Positions 29,039 to 39,614 of a stretch of 64,000 bases of DNA are shown one piece after another (the stretch's first letter is position 1; the number at the start of each line of letters is the position of its first letter). The stretch spans positions 1 to 64,000 of the IMG/VR virus record IMGVR_UViG_3300042691_025267. The stretch is one strand, 5' to 3'. The translations under genes and the position numbers were made by a program. Under the pieces are notes generated by a model that saw only the letters and a list, made by a program, of their open reading frames with translations, was not told the origin of the DNA and ran no database searches. The stretch comes from a virus.

Positions 29039-29442
29039 TAAGTCTCCGATACCCAGTACTCCAGATAACTTGAAATATATCTACGTAACCCCCCAAAAGT
29101 CAAGTCCGCATCTGCAACGGTTATTCTATTTTGATCTTCTACACCATATAAGTTGGCACCACTACTGTGTTTTATAGTTTCTTTTTTACCTACTATTTTC
29201 CATTTAATGGTGGTTGTAATAAACCGAGGATTTTCTTTTAAATCTTCATATTGTGTCTTATCTATTTCCGTTACATACATTTGGTCATTAACCTGTCTAA
29301 CAAAATATCTGACAATAAACTTCTTCGACGCATCCTCTTGGGTAACTACGGGAAGTGCGGGTGTTGGTAATTTATCTATTGTGTCTCGTAACTCCTCTTC
29401 TGAGTCTTTATATAATTTTTTAAGAAGTTCTTCGTCTATCAT
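29038..29442 (-). CDS. conserved phage hypothetical protein
   Basis: 134 aa coupled ORF at the end of the baseplate block. Confidence 0.65.
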   Translation of the reverse strand: MIDEELLKKLYKDSEEELRDTIDKLPTPALPVVTQEDASKKFIVRYFVRQVNDQMYVTEIDKTQYEDLKENPRFITTTIKWKIVGKKETIKHSSGANLYGVEDQNRITVADADLTFGGLRRYISSYLEYWVSET

Positions 29443-29453
29443 GTACGTTTTAG

Positions 29454-32400
29454 TTAGGGATTGCGAGGTTTATTTACTCTTCCGGCAACTCTTTTAGCAG
29501 CACTGAGTCCGCCCAATAGGTTCTTTTGTAGCGCACCTCTGGCAGCTTCTTCAAATGTCTTTACTTTAATATCGCTTGGTATTTTTACTGATGGACTACT
29601 TGATTTATTTTCCGTAGAAGGGGTTGGTGCGGTTAGTATACCAAACATTTTTCGTTTCCATTCTTCGCCAAGATAGTTAAACACCGCATGTATTTTGGTT
29701 TTCCATCCAGAATTGTCGATGACATCTTCTATCGTTAATGTTTGAAATGCACCAAATGCTTTATAAAATGCGGGGATCCGGTCAATCCAGAACAATTCAC
29801 CAAGTCTAAATCCATTAATTCCAGGCATAGTGATGTCTGCTTTTATTGCTAATGCGCCAGGTGCAGCACCAAAAGAATTGGAGCGAATTCCGTTTGCATT
29901 ACCGGCAATTTGAGCAACCATGTGTTCGGGATATATTTCCGAGTATCTGAACAGGGTTTGTAATTTATGTAGTTCACGTATTTCTGCCTGTTTTTCTTCG
30001 GCAGCTTCTGTGCCGCTATCCAATATTTGTACTTGTCTGACAATTTCTTGTTGCCGTGCACATTCTTGGCAAAGACTTTTCCCTGCATCAGCATTACCGT
30101 CGCCTGCGTTTTTATATACATCTTCCGTACATTGATCACTAGGAGATACCGTTGTTGGACTAGTTGTTGATGGAATCAATGGCAGACCGACTCCGCCATA
30201 ATATTCATTCAATTTAGCAAATGCTGCTGGGTTATTTTCTACCCAACCATTTGTAGTCCACAGGTCAAGTTCTGCTTTAGCAGTACTGACAATTGTCGAA
30301 ACTGCTTCAGCAGGTGGTCTAAGGATGACATATACGTTTTTATCCGTGACAAGTCCATTGCTCAAACCATATGATGCATAGGAAACTTTATCAGAAACAT
30401 TGCCTCCTATGGCAGATGCTTTATTAGATATATTTACAACAATATCTCCGTGCCCGGCTTTACCAGACCAATCGGATGTTGTATATGTATTATCACTAAC
30501 TTTACCTGAATCAGGATTTACTCTATTACCAACAATGATGTCACCCAGTTGTACCTTTGTACTTGCTGGACTTAGTGCTAACCAGCCAGGTGCTTTATTA
30601 TTTTTTATACTTTGTGCGTAGTTTGAATGTTTTCCATTTCCAGGAAAGTTTGTTTTGCTCTGTTTCATGACGTAACTTATGAATGCACCACTCCAATGAT
30701 GTTCTTCAATCCATTTTGTTAAGTCGTCTGGTGCAGTCTGTGTCGGTAAACATGGTTTACATTTTTTACATTGGGGTCCATTAACTAATTTTTGTGCCTC
30801 TGACTGTAATACTTTTCGTTCTTCAACAGTTTTATTAGACACATCAACTGGACTAATCACTATTGGTGCCGAACGATTCCCTACACCAGAGGTTTGTGCA
30901 GTGGTTTGAGTATTTTGTTTTTTACATCTACCATATGCTTCCACCAATTTTTTACGTTCTGTTCTAGGTAATATGGTTAAGTCTGGTCCTTGCTCAGTAT
31001 CACCACCTGGATATATGGAGAGTACCGCAAACATTCTTCGCAGTACATCATTTGGATCAGATAATGAAGGATCGCGTGGAATGTCTCCATCAGATATATC
31101 CGTTCCTGTGGATTGCGCAGGTTGTTGTCCAGGCGGGGGAGCGTTGATGGCATCCATATCACTTTGTTGCACCAATCCGGTGGCAACAATTTGAGTAAAC
31201 AATCGTTTTGGTAACGATAAATCTACAGAACAATCTATTAACTCAGATCCTATTAATTCACCCGACTCGGTATCCGTGCGAATATACTTGTTGAATAAAT
31301 GTACTTTATCCATGAACCTAGACACCACATCATTTCCATTTTCACGCCAATTTGCGTCAACTACCATCCGATTATGTACTGGATTAATTTCTGCATTAGC
31401 CGTTGGTTCTAGATCATCCAGCACCAAATTCCAATAGTTTCTAGTAGCAGCACTCATTCGTTGAAGTAATAGTGATATACCCCGAAGGAGTGTATCGCCT
31501 TGAATCATGCACTCAATAACTGCTTTATGGTTAATCCACACACCAGTACTTAGAAATGCCTTGTCTGGATTATTTGGATCCGTTACGGTTGCCGAGTTTT
31601 CAAACAAACCCACCTTACTAAAATCTTCGGTGTCTTTTGTTTTTTTCATGGATGTCTGTTGAGAACCCTGTGTTTTATATTCAGGATCTTTTTCTGCAAG
31701 TGTTGCTGCGAGTTCATTAACGATAACCAACGTGGTAAGATCGGTGGAACGCAAGTGTTTATTAATTCCAACATACGATTCCGCCGGATCCGTTAAAATA
31801 AGTGGACCGGGAGATGATGATGCAGTCTTTAAATCCCCTGTCGTGTTATAGGGCTTGAGTACTGCAATCTTAGCCAGTTCAACGGGAGTAAGTGCTGCAC
31901 CTTTGAATATGGATTTTACGCCAACGTCTTCGTCATTCAAGACCACGTTAACAAAAAACCTCCAAGTCATAAAATAGGCGTCTTCTGCGTCACCGAAGGA
32001 TATAGAATTTGTGTTTACGTTTTTATCGTTTGGTTTTGGTTCACCGCGTTTACTGTTACTTTGTTTAAATATTTTTACATGGTCTTTCCACGGACTATTC
32101 TTATTCGGATCCACCGTGTTATCTAACAACGTTTTTAAATTTTTTCCAGCCGAAGTATTTGTAAAATATCCGTAAATACTATTTGAATTATCTGCACAAA
32201 TTGGCGTTCCTCGTGCTCTTGCAGGAGTTACTGTATTTTTTGTGGAGTATGCCCATGAATCTTCGGAAGTACCAACGATTTTCACTGTACATTCAGCCGA
32301 TCCATCTGAATTAGACTTTACATTAAAGTTTGCCACTCGACCAAACAACCACATGTATTGTCCGTTTGTCTTATATGCGTAGTCTTCTAAAATTTCTTCC

Positions 32401-33104
32401 GTACCAACTTCGTTTCTCCCAAGTCTCTGTAACATTTCTTTTAATTTTATGCGATCATGCCACGGAAACATGTGATCTCCAATCTTTGGCATTTCATCAG
32501 CGGACTTTGTTAGATTGGACAGTAAAGAAAATTCCTGACCCCACTCCAGTATCATACCAATACCAGGAACTAGGAATGTCCGATGTAAACTTTCTAATTG
32601 AATTAATGATGGAATTGAAATTTGTAAATCAGCACTTGCCAACATTCCGTTCTTTCCACGATTTATTGTAACTCTGGTTATTCCAGGCGGTGGTATACGA
32701 ACATAGTTACCCGTATTGGTTGATAACGTTGCTCGTTTATCAAAGATTTGACCAATTGTAATAGCAAGTTCTGCGTCAGGGTCTTTTGCATAGACTCGTT
32801 TGGTTTCACCATTCGGTCCATAGGTGTATCCTATCAGTGGAGTATTATCACCTGCCTCAGCGTACATGTCTTCATACGCTACATCTTCTGCTATTCCGTG
32901 CAACCCCAACGAGAATCCAATATATCCTTCGCTTAAATCAGCACTCGCTTCGCCACCCAACATTTTATGACGTAACGTTGTTGTTGCTTTTACAAAGGGC
33001 ATAGCCATTTGTATTGTATTATTTAGACGCGATCTATTATCCAATACGTCTGCAATTTTTCTGTTTATTACTTTGTAGTCAAAAGAACTTTTATCGTGCG
33101 CCAT
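29454..33104 (-). CDS. baseplate hub protein with embedded DUF2272 (CHAP/NlpC-like) domain
   Basis: PPPGIT..., FLVPG..MILEWG, C-terminal ITMPGINGF..G; WSGAFISYVM/GDIIV/HGDIVV/IGGNVSD; context after tape measure and LysM genes. Confidence 0.7.
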   Translation of the reverse strand: MAHDKSSFDYKVINRKIADVLDNRSRLNNTIQMAMPFVKATTTLRHKMLGGEASADLSEGYIGFSLGLHGIAEDVAYEDMYAEAGDNTPLIGYTYGPNGETKRVYAKDPDAELAITIGQIFDKRATLSTNTGNYVRIPPPGITRVTINRGKNGMLASADLQISIPSLIQLESLHRTFLVPGIGMILEWGQEFSLLSNLTKSADEMPKIGDHMFPWHDRIKLKEMLQRLGRNEVGTEEILEDYAYKTNGQYMWLFGRVANFNVKSNSDGSAECTVKIVGTSEDSWAYSTKNTVTPARARGTPICADNSNSIYGYFTNTSAGKNLKTLLDNTVDPNKNSPWKDHVKIFKQSNSKRGEPKPNDKNVNTNSISFGDAEDAYFMTWRFFVNVVLNDEDVGVKSIFKGAALTPVELAKIAVLKPYNTTGDLKTASSSPGPLILTDPAESYVGINKHLRSTDLTTLVIVNELAATLAEKDPEYKTQGSQQTSMKKTKDTEDFSKVGLFENSATVTDPNNPDKAFLSTGVWINHKAVIECMIQGDTLLRGISLLLQRMSAATRNYWNLVLDDLEPTANAEINPVHNRMVVDANWRENGNDVVSRFMDKVHLFNKYIRTDTESGELIGSELIDCSVDLSLPKRLFTQIVATGLVQQSDMDAINAPPPGQQPAQSTGTDISDGDIPRDPSLSDPNDVLRRMFAVLSIYPGGDTEQGPDLTILPRTERKKLVEAYGRCKKQNTQTTAQTSGVGNRSAPIVISPVDVSNKTVEERKVLQSEAQKLVNGPQCKKCKPCLPTQTAPDDLTKWIEEHHWSGAFISYVMKQSKTNFPGNGKHSNYAQSIKNNKAPGWLALSPASTKVQLGDIIVGNRVNPDSGKVSDNTYTTSDWSGKAGHGDIVVNISNKASAIGGNVSDKVSYASYGLSNGLVTDKNVYVILRPPAEAVSTIVSTAKAELDLWTTNGWVENNPAAFAKLNEYYGGVGLPLIPSTTSPTTVSPSDQCTEDVYKNAGDGNADAGKSLCQECARQQEIVRQVQILDSGTEAAEEKQAEIRELHKLQTLFRYSEIYPEHMVAQIAGNANGIRSNSFGAAPGALAIKADITMPGINGFRLGELFWIDRIPAFYKAFGAFQTLTIEDVIDNSGWKTKIHAVFNYLGEEWKRKMFGILTAPTPSTENKSSSPSVKIPSDIKVKTFEEAARGALQKNLLGGLSAAKRVAGRVNKPRNP

Positions 33105-33112
33105 ATGAATCC

Positions 33113-33376
33113 TTAATAGGTTTGTGGAATAATAATTCGTGTTCCCGGTTTAATAAATATGGAGCCGTTTACTCCATCATTTCTATTTGCGATGACATGC
33201 CACAGTGTTGCCGATCCTAAATACTTATATGCTAATGTATCCCACCGATCTCCAACTCTAGCAACATGTTCATATTCTATTAAATCTTCTATTGGATCAT
33301 TTGGTATTCCCGTACTATAGTACCGTTTCCCATCATCCATTCGTAGTATATTGATATTATTAATATATCTTGCCAT
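33113..33376 (-). CDS. LysM/tail-X baseplate wedge protein
   Basis: GDRWDTLAYKYLG...LWHVIA..N...PG.RIIIP. Confidence 0.85.
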   Translation of the reverse strand: MARYINNINILRMDDGKRYYSTGIPNDPIEDLIEYEHVARVGDRWDTLAYKYLGSATLWHVIANRNDGVNGSIFIKPGTRIIIPQTY

Positions 33377-33397
33377 AAGTATTATACCGATAGGTTA

Positions 33398-35257
33398 TTA
33401 AGGTGTTCTACGTCCAATGCCTAGTCCTGACGCAAACCCTGCGGCTGCGGTTTTTACGGTTCCAAAGTTGGGTTTAAATGCAGGAATTTTAATCGGTCCC
33501 AATTGTGGTGCCCGTCGTTCGGTCGTCGTAGTTTCTGCTGGTTGTGGCGTGGAAGATTTTGGTATACTTTCTTCTTTTATGATAGTCGAGAAGTTATCCG
33601 TATCTTGTTCCGTCATTCCATAGAAAGGAGAACTTGCAATTCTTGTTGCTTTTTCTATCAATGTGAATTTCATATCCATGACAGCAGAAATTGGAACTTG
33701 TCGGTCTATATCCCACGATTCTGATATTTCATTAAAATTGGTATTTAACGCTGTCACATAACCTGGTTGGTTCGTGTATACATTACCGATAGTTAAACGT
33801 ACGATGTTTGGTTGTAATATTCCTCGACTGAATCCATACGGAAATACTAGTCCGGTCAAATAATTTATACGTCTCCATACACCGTCCAATTCATCTGCGC
33901 CAAATGCAATTATTCCAAGTTTAAATGATATTTCTCGTTGCACTCCCACGTAGTTAATAAACTTTTCCATGCGTCCAATATATTGATATGGTTTATATTC
34001 AGGAGTTGCAGTTTGTTGCAAATCACGAATATACGCACGAAATCGTATCGGAGATGTGTCATCGCCCATCGCAAACGATACTACTATTGGATCTTCAAAT
34101 GATGAATTAATTGCACGATAGGGAATATTTTTAACTTCAGTGTTTACTTGTTTTGGTGGTAAATTACTTGGATCTTTAATATAAGAAATACGTTTTTTAG
34201 CATCAGTTGGTTCCGATAACTGGCCGTCACCAGATCGTTTTGCTTTTGCTGTTTGTGGTGTATCATTGTCTGACCATACTGCTTTACTTAAAGAATCACT
34301 GGCGTCAAAATATTTTATGAACGATACCGATTTGGTAGATACCGATGTACCAAGTTGCGGATTTTGTGTAGACGTACCGAGTTGAACATTGTCGGTAAGT
34401 GATTTTGGAAGTTTTACACCACCCAAATTAAATACTGAACCCAGCGCACGTTTACCCAACGACGACACTGCAGAAGTTTTATTATTTGGCTTTACAACCT
34501 CACTAACCGTTTCGTCTGCATAACTCTGTTGTTGTTCATATAATCGTTTTTGTATATCAGGAATATATTTGGATAATTCCGGTCTACTAACCTTCCAACT
34601 TTCCGCATTCCAGTTACCACCAAGTTGACCAACATTTCGTTTTTGTAATGGACTCACAGCAGATACTGCGCTCTTTGCAGTATCTACTACCGATTTAAGT
34701 GGACCTAACAATCTACCTTTTAATGCACCTCCAATCTTTCCCAACGTAGATGATGCACCAGGAGGTGCCGTTGGATCTTCTCCTAACAAGGGAATACTTT
34801 TAGATTTCAATGCGTTATACGTAGACATCTGTAACTGTCCCATCGTTCTAACACTTTGATATGAACGATCAGTTTTACCGATCAGTTCATTTGCCGGTCG
34901 TAGATTTCGTTTGATGTGTAAAAATGGCACTGCATTTGCAACAACAAATGCCGGATTTATCAATCGTGTGGATTCAAACGTGTTACCCAATTGTAACACT
35001 TGTTGTTTTGCCAAGAACAATAACCCGTTCGTACTGAGTTGGAACAACGTTAGTCGTTTCACATCTTCCACCGTACTTCTTAGTGGAAGCATTCGGGATT
35101 CCGCTTTGTTCCAATATCCCTTACCAGGCTTTCGTACTATAAACGGTGCATCATTTCTTCCATTGCTGGGTTTACCGTTTTCAAACTTACTGGTTGCCCC
35201 AGCGTACAACTTGTCTACGTTCTGGTTAAATCGTTGTTCTAGAGTTAGAAATGACAT
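33398..35257 (-). CDS. baseplate / tail tube initiator-like protein
   Basis: C-terminal FRAYI, YIGR.E....Y..VQREISF, P.IVRLTIG domain; between tape measure and LysM. Confidence 0.6.
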   Translation of the reverse strand: MSFLTLEQRFNQNVDKLYAGATSKFENGKPSNGRNDAPFIVRKPGKGYWNKAESRMLPLRSTVEDVKRLTLFQLSTNGLLFLAKQQVLQLGNTFESTRLINPAFVVANAVPFLHIKRNLRPANELIGKTDRSYQSVRTMGQLQMSTYNALKSKSIPLLGEDPTAPPGASSTLGKIGGALKGRLLGPLKSVVDTAKSAVSAVSPLQKRNVGQLGGNWNAESWKVSRPELSKYIPDIQKRLYEQQQSYADETVSEVVKPNNKTSAVSSLGKRALGSVFNLGGVKLPKSLTDNVQLGTSTQNPQLGTSVSTKSVSFIKYFDASDSLSKAVWSDNDTPQTAKAKRSGDGQLSEPTDAKKRISYIKDPSNLPPKQVNTEVKNIPYRAINSSFEDPIVVSFAMGDDTSPIRFRAYIRDLQQTATPEYKPYQYIGRMEKFINYVGVQREISFKLGIIAFGADELDGVWRRINYLTGLVFPYGFSRGILQPNIVRLTIGNVYTNQPGYVTALNTNFNEISESWDIDRQVPISAVMDMKFTLIEKATRIASSPFYGMTEQDTDNFSTIIKEESIPKSSTPQPAETTTTERRAPQLGPIKIPAFKPNFGTVKTAAAGFASGLGIGRRTP

Positions 35258-35270
35258 ATGTTAGTTTTAC

Positions 35271-38200
35271 CTATTGAGATTGTGCGCGATATAATCCACT
35301 AACCACTGCCGAATCACTTGCATTTACTAGAACCTTTCCTACCTTGGCACCGTCCATGTGAATTTGAATACCTTGTAGTGCGGTAATAAAGTTATTCAAT
35401 TTTTGTTCCATGCCACTAGTATCCACCGTCACTGGTTTTTGTTCAGTTTCTCGTGGTTCCTGTTGTTGCTGCTGTCCACCTGCCATCGTTCCAAGATCTA
35501 CTGATGGTGATGATATGCCTGGTCCCGATGGCGTTGCTTGAGGTTTCTTCTTACCGAATAGTCCACCCGCCAATTTACCGAGCTTAGATCCAACCAATGA
35601 ACCAATTGCAGTTCCTACGCCTGGTATTGGGATTGCCGTTCCGATTGCTCCGCCGAGTGCCTTTCCAATACCACCTTTGGCAAGTGATCCTAACGCACCT
35701 TTTACCCCACCTTGCTTAAAGGCAGAGAATGCGTTCATTGCCCCAGAAAGTCCTGGAACCTTTTTACCAAGCATGCCTAGTCCTTGGGTTAATAATGAAC
35801 TCTTGACTCCACCAACGCCACCTTCTTTAAAGGCACCCATTGCTCCAGAAAGTCCGGGAACCTTTCCACCTAAGAAGCCCAATCCTGTATTCAATAAACT
35901 AGATTTCAATCCGCCGACGCCACCTTCTTTAAAGGCGCCAATTGAACCAGATAAAGAAGAGAATCTATTTCCTAACAATCCCAATCCAGTATTCAACGCG
36001 TTAGATTTTATTCCACCAACTCCACCTTGTTTGTACGTATCATACATGTTAGTTGCTTGTGGCATATACTTCGCAAAGCCTGGCACTCTACTACCGGCAA
36101 GTCCCATTCCTTTGGACATCAAATTGGATTTCAGACTACCTACCAATCCACCATCACGCATTTTAACACCGACGCCCGCAGCAAAGTTTTTTGACCATTC
36201 ACTTGGTTGTTTCCGTGGCATTGCTTTCCCACGTTCACGACTATTCTTTACCCATTCTGGTTCTGCTTTCCCAACATCATATCCAGTATAAAACAATGGG
36301 TTTTTTCCTTTATTCCACGACATTTGTGATTGTTCTTTGTAAGTATCATAGGTTTCTGATAATCCCAGTCCAATAATAAATGCTTCTGCTCCTGCAACAT
36401 TAACCGCACGTGAAATGAGGGATTCTGCTCCATCCATGCCAACCGTCTCAGCTATTGCTTTCCATTGACCTTTTAAGATTTGTTGGATTAAGGCAAAGTT
36501 TTTCAGTTTTCCCGTCACGCCTTCAACTTTATCAAGTGTTTGTGCATACCGAGTTATATCTTTTAGAACTGCGGCAATAGAACCTACCGTTGATGCAGAG
36601 TCAAGTGCAGCACTTCCAGTTTTATTTAAACTATCTAATTTATCCACACCAATAGAAGAAACTGCTTTTGCGTTTAATACATATTCACCATTAGACAACA
36701 TTGCAGGAATACTATCACTAGTTGGAGTTCCCGGTCCTGTAACTTTTCCACCTTCTGCAAATCCCGTCGCTGAGACTTTAGGTTTATTTGTTGGGATTTG
36801 AGTAGAAGGTTGTACTGGTTGAAATAAATTACCTCTGTATGTTCCTGGCAGAATATTGCCGTATGTATTGTTGAGATACTGTATGTTGCTCGCCGTAATA
36901 GCATCCTCTTGAGCTTTTCTTATGTTTTCTTGACTAATCTGTGCCGCACGCATAGCAGGTAAGTTACGCATCTGTACTGCTTTATTTTCTTTATCTTTTG
37001 CATAACCGACATCACTTTCGGTAAATACATTTGTGTTTGTTTCTGCCGAATATCTAGCTCCTTGTACTTTACCTGCCTTAATCTGTTCTTGCACCTTACT
37101 ATTATTTTCAGAAAGCCAAGTTTGTGTCAGTTTTTCAATTACAGTCTTATCTACACCAGCTTGACGTAAAACATCTCGTGCTTCGTATCCTTTATTTTGA
37201 GAAAATAGTTGCCTTGCTTGATTTTCTGCTTTAATTTTATCCCCAATAAATGGTATTTCAGCAGCAATACGTAGAATTAGTTCGGATAACGCACCAAACC
37301 CAGTCGTGATGGCAGCAATAAGTGCTATCGTACCTCCAGGACCCTCTAAAAACTTCATCAGATCGCCAGCAGGCCCCATTGCTTTCAATAGACTATCTAA
37401 CAAAGAATTACCTTTTTCTGCTTCAGTTAATTCTGGAGATTTTGTTGGTTTTGGTGCGGCAAGTTTTTGTAATTCACTGATACTCATACCCATGAATCGT
37501 TCTAATGCAATTCTGGTAGGTCGGTCAAGGTCCGTAATGTCCTTGCCTAGAGTTTGAAGTTGTCTATTAAGTTCATTATATAGATCGGCATCACTTCCTG
37601 TTACCGAAACTTCCATCAGTCTATTTGCGTCAATGTTCATTCCCATTGCGCCCAATTCAGCAGATCCCTCTAAGAATCCTTCATAATTGTCAATAATACT
37701 ATCACCAAATTGACTTACTTTATTTAAATCAACACCCATTCGTTTTGCATCAGCAGCGGCGCGTGCAAACGAATCAGCAAATCGTGATCCATTTCGTGCC
37801 ATCAATTCTGAATATTTTCCGATTGCCTCCATTGCAACTTTTGGAGTCATACCTGCTTTACTAAACTGTGTTAAAAATTTATTTTGAAGAACCCCTGCTT
37901 TGTTAAGATCACCGAGCGCTTGTGTGGCAAATACTCGACGTGCTTTTACGATAGCATCAGTAGATAATCCTCTTTCTGCTGCAAGATTTGCCACACTTTT
38001 CATTGCACCTTCGTCTAATACGCCAAACTCTTCTTGCACAGATTTTAATGCATCTTCTCTAGTTTTTTGATCTACATAAATTTTTGCTTTTTCTACCAAT
38101 GGGCCACGATCTGCGGTGAGTCTTTCGGCTAACCCCTTAAATTCTGTCATTGCGCCAGAGAATACATCCCCAACCGATCCTTGTCCAAATGCAGCACTTG

Positions 38201-39044
38201 TTAAACCACGACCAGCATTAAATAACGTTGAAAATGTGTCTCCAATGAGATCACCGAGTCCTGTAAAATCTAATGACTCAAAAGTTTCTTTCATCCCTAC
38301 AAATGAATCTTTCAGCATCCGTGCTTGTAACTCGGCTGCTTGAGTCATTGAAAGACCAAAGTCTTGTTGTGTTTTCTTAATAGAATTAACAAAATCTATT
38401 GCCGCACTTGCCGCCTTACCTAATCCAATAGCAAGTAGACTTAATCCTCCGACAACCAGACCAAGCGCTGCCGCAGCGCTTGCAAGTGTTGCGCCTCCTG
38501 CCATCTTGGCAATGTTACCAGCCACTGCCAATCTACTTGGTGCCGGTCCCGCCGAGGTTAATGCTTCCGATGCTTTTTGTTCTGTAGAAGATGATTTTTC
38601 GTATTTCTGTGATGCTTTTTCTGCTTTACTCTTTAAATCTTTACGTTGCGCATACAAGTCACGAAATTTGATTTCTTCAGTAATTGATGCCAGTGCTCCG
38701 CCCGATGCTGCTCGTTTCCGTGTCAAGGTCACATATTCATCATATTGACGAGCACGGAGTTGCATTTCTCTACGATCAATATCAGCTTTTCGTTTAGCAG
38801 TAGCTAAACTTGCCTGCAACATAGTATTTTCTTGTCGTTTTAATTGAGCAGTTTTTAATTCTTCAACTATACTGTTTTTAAATTCAACAACACGGGCTCT
38901 AAATGTTTTGTTTTGCTCTTTAAGATGTTTAACCTGTTCCGTGTGCGCAGAAATTAAACTACGAGTTTCCTCTTGTAGTTTTTTATATAATTTAGCTTGA
39001 TCGGCCGCTTCTTTTTTAAGTTGGTCTACACTAGGATCTGCCAT
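35271..39044 (-). CDS. tail tape measure protein
   Basis: 1257 aa, helical A/G/L/K-rich; FAEGGKVTGPGTPTSDSIPAMLSNGEYV; terminal I.MDGAKVG; downstream of chaperone pair. Confidence 0.85.
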   Translation of the reverse strand: MADPSVDQLKKEAADQAKLYKKLQEETRSLISAHTEQVKHLKEQNKTFRARVVEFKNSIVEELKTAQLKRQENTMLQASLATAKRKADIDRREMQLRARQYDEYVTLTRKRAASGGALASITEEIKFRDLYAQRKDLKSKAEKASQKYEKSSSTEQKASEALTSAGPAPSRLAVAGNIAKMAGGATLASAAAALGLVVGGLSLLAIGLGKAASAAIDFVNSIKKTQQDFGLSMTQAAELQARMLKDSFVGMKETFESLDFTGLGDLIGDTFSTLFNAGRGLTSAAFGQGSVGDVFSGAMTEFKGLAERLTADRGPLVEKAKIYVDQKTREDALKSVQEEFGVLDEGAMKSVANLAAERGLSTDAIVKARRVFATQALGDLNKAGVLQNKFLTQFSKAGMTPKVAMEAIGKYSELMARNGSRFADSFARAAADAKRMGVDLNKVSQFGDSIIDNYEGFLEGSAELGAMGMNIDANRLMEVSVTGSDADLYNELNRQLQTLGKDITDLDRPTRIALERFMGMSISELQKLAAPKPTKSPELTEAEKGNSLLDSLLKAMGPAGDLMKFLEGPGGTIALIAAITTGFGALSELILRIAAEIPFIGDKIKAENQARQLFSQNKGYEARDVLRQAGVDKTVIEKLTQTWLSENNSKVQEQIKAGKVQGARYSAETNTNVFTESDVGYAKDKENKAVQMRNLPAMRAAQISQENIRKAQEDAITASNIQYLNNTYGNILPGTYRGNLFQPVQPSTQIPTNKPKVSATGFAEGGKVTGPGTPTSDSIPAMLSNGEYVLNAKAVSSIGVDKLDSLNKTGSAALDSASTVGSIAAVLKDITRYAQTLDKVEGVTGKLKNFALIQQILKGQWKAIAETVGMDGAESLISRAVNVAGAEAFIIGLGLSETYDTYKEQSQMSWNKGKNPLFYTGYDVGKAEPEWVKNSRERGKAMPRKQPSEWSKNFAAGVGVKMRDGGLVGSLKSNLMSKGMGLAGSRVPGFAKYMPQATNMYDTYKQGGVGGIKSNALNTGLGLLGNRFSSLSGSIGAFKEGGVGGLKSSLLNTGLGFLGGKVPGLSGAMGAFKEGGVGGVKSSLLTQGLGMLGKKVPGLSGAMNAFSAFKQGGVKGALGSLAKGGIGKALGGAIGTAIPIPGVGTAIGSLVGSKLGKLAGGLFGKKKPQATPSGPGISSPSVDLGTMAGGQQQQQEPRETEQKPVTVDTSGMEQKLNNFITALQGIQIHMDGAKVGKVLVNASDSAVVSGLYRAQSQ
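35690..36152 (-). repeat. about 102-bp (34 aa) tandem coding repeats in tape measure C-terminus
   Basis: CCACCTT anchor at 35707, 35818, 35920 and 36022; unit GGVGGxKSSLLxxGLGxLGxKVPGLSGAMGAFKE. Confidence 0.85.
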
Positions 39045-39047
39045 ATA

Positions 39048-39419
39048 TTACTCAAACAGGGCGTGATATGCTACCGCCAACAATAGTTGTATATTACCAC
39101 TTGGTACTGTTCCTAATGGATACCCCGATACGCCTGTTCCTTTAAATACACGAGTGCCACTAATACGTGCAATCGGCATACCACTTACTGCATTTCCTTT
39201 AAATACCAAGTCTCCCACAAGCGTTACCAGTGGGCTACCAGATGGAGACATTCCTTTAAACAGTTTGTTTCCAGATACCGTGTATACTGCAGCGCCCGAT
39301 ACACCGGACCCACCATATACTCTAGAATCTCCCACGATAGTTAACGTGGGAGATCCAGAGACAGATGATCCTTTATAAGCTCTATCAGTATTTTCCAACA
39401 AGTATCGCAATCGTATCAT
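39048..39419 (-). CDS. small beta-repeat protein (five about 19 aa repeats)
   Basis: Repeat (Y/F)KGxxVSGxPxxTxxG five times; N-terminus MIRLRYLLE. Confidence 0.75.
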   Translation of the reverse strand: MIRLRYLLENTDRAYKGSSVSGSPTLTIVGDSRVYGGSGVSGAAVYTVSGNKLFKGMSPSGSPLVTLVGDLVFKGNAVSGMPIARISGTRVFKGTGVSGYPLGTVPSGNIQLLLAVAYHALFE

Positions 39420-39614
39420 CGTCGTTTACTCGCTTTCTCTATTTGTTTAGATTCTTCTTCTTTCAGTTTACCAAATTCTCTAATCATAAAGTTTCGCATG
39501 TAAACCGGCATTTGGTATAAATCCATCACACTAAACGCACCTTTTGAGTAATGAGCAACCGTCATTATGATTTTTAACGTTTCAGCTTTATACTCTTGAG
39601 TCAGGCCAAAAAAA
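39416..39614 (-). CDS. tail assembly chaperone C-terminal ORF (gp51/gpT-like), probably reached by frameshift
   Basis: FSVMDLYQMPVYMRNF....KEEE; frame is open across the T7 run near the end of the upstream gene. Confidence 0.65.
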
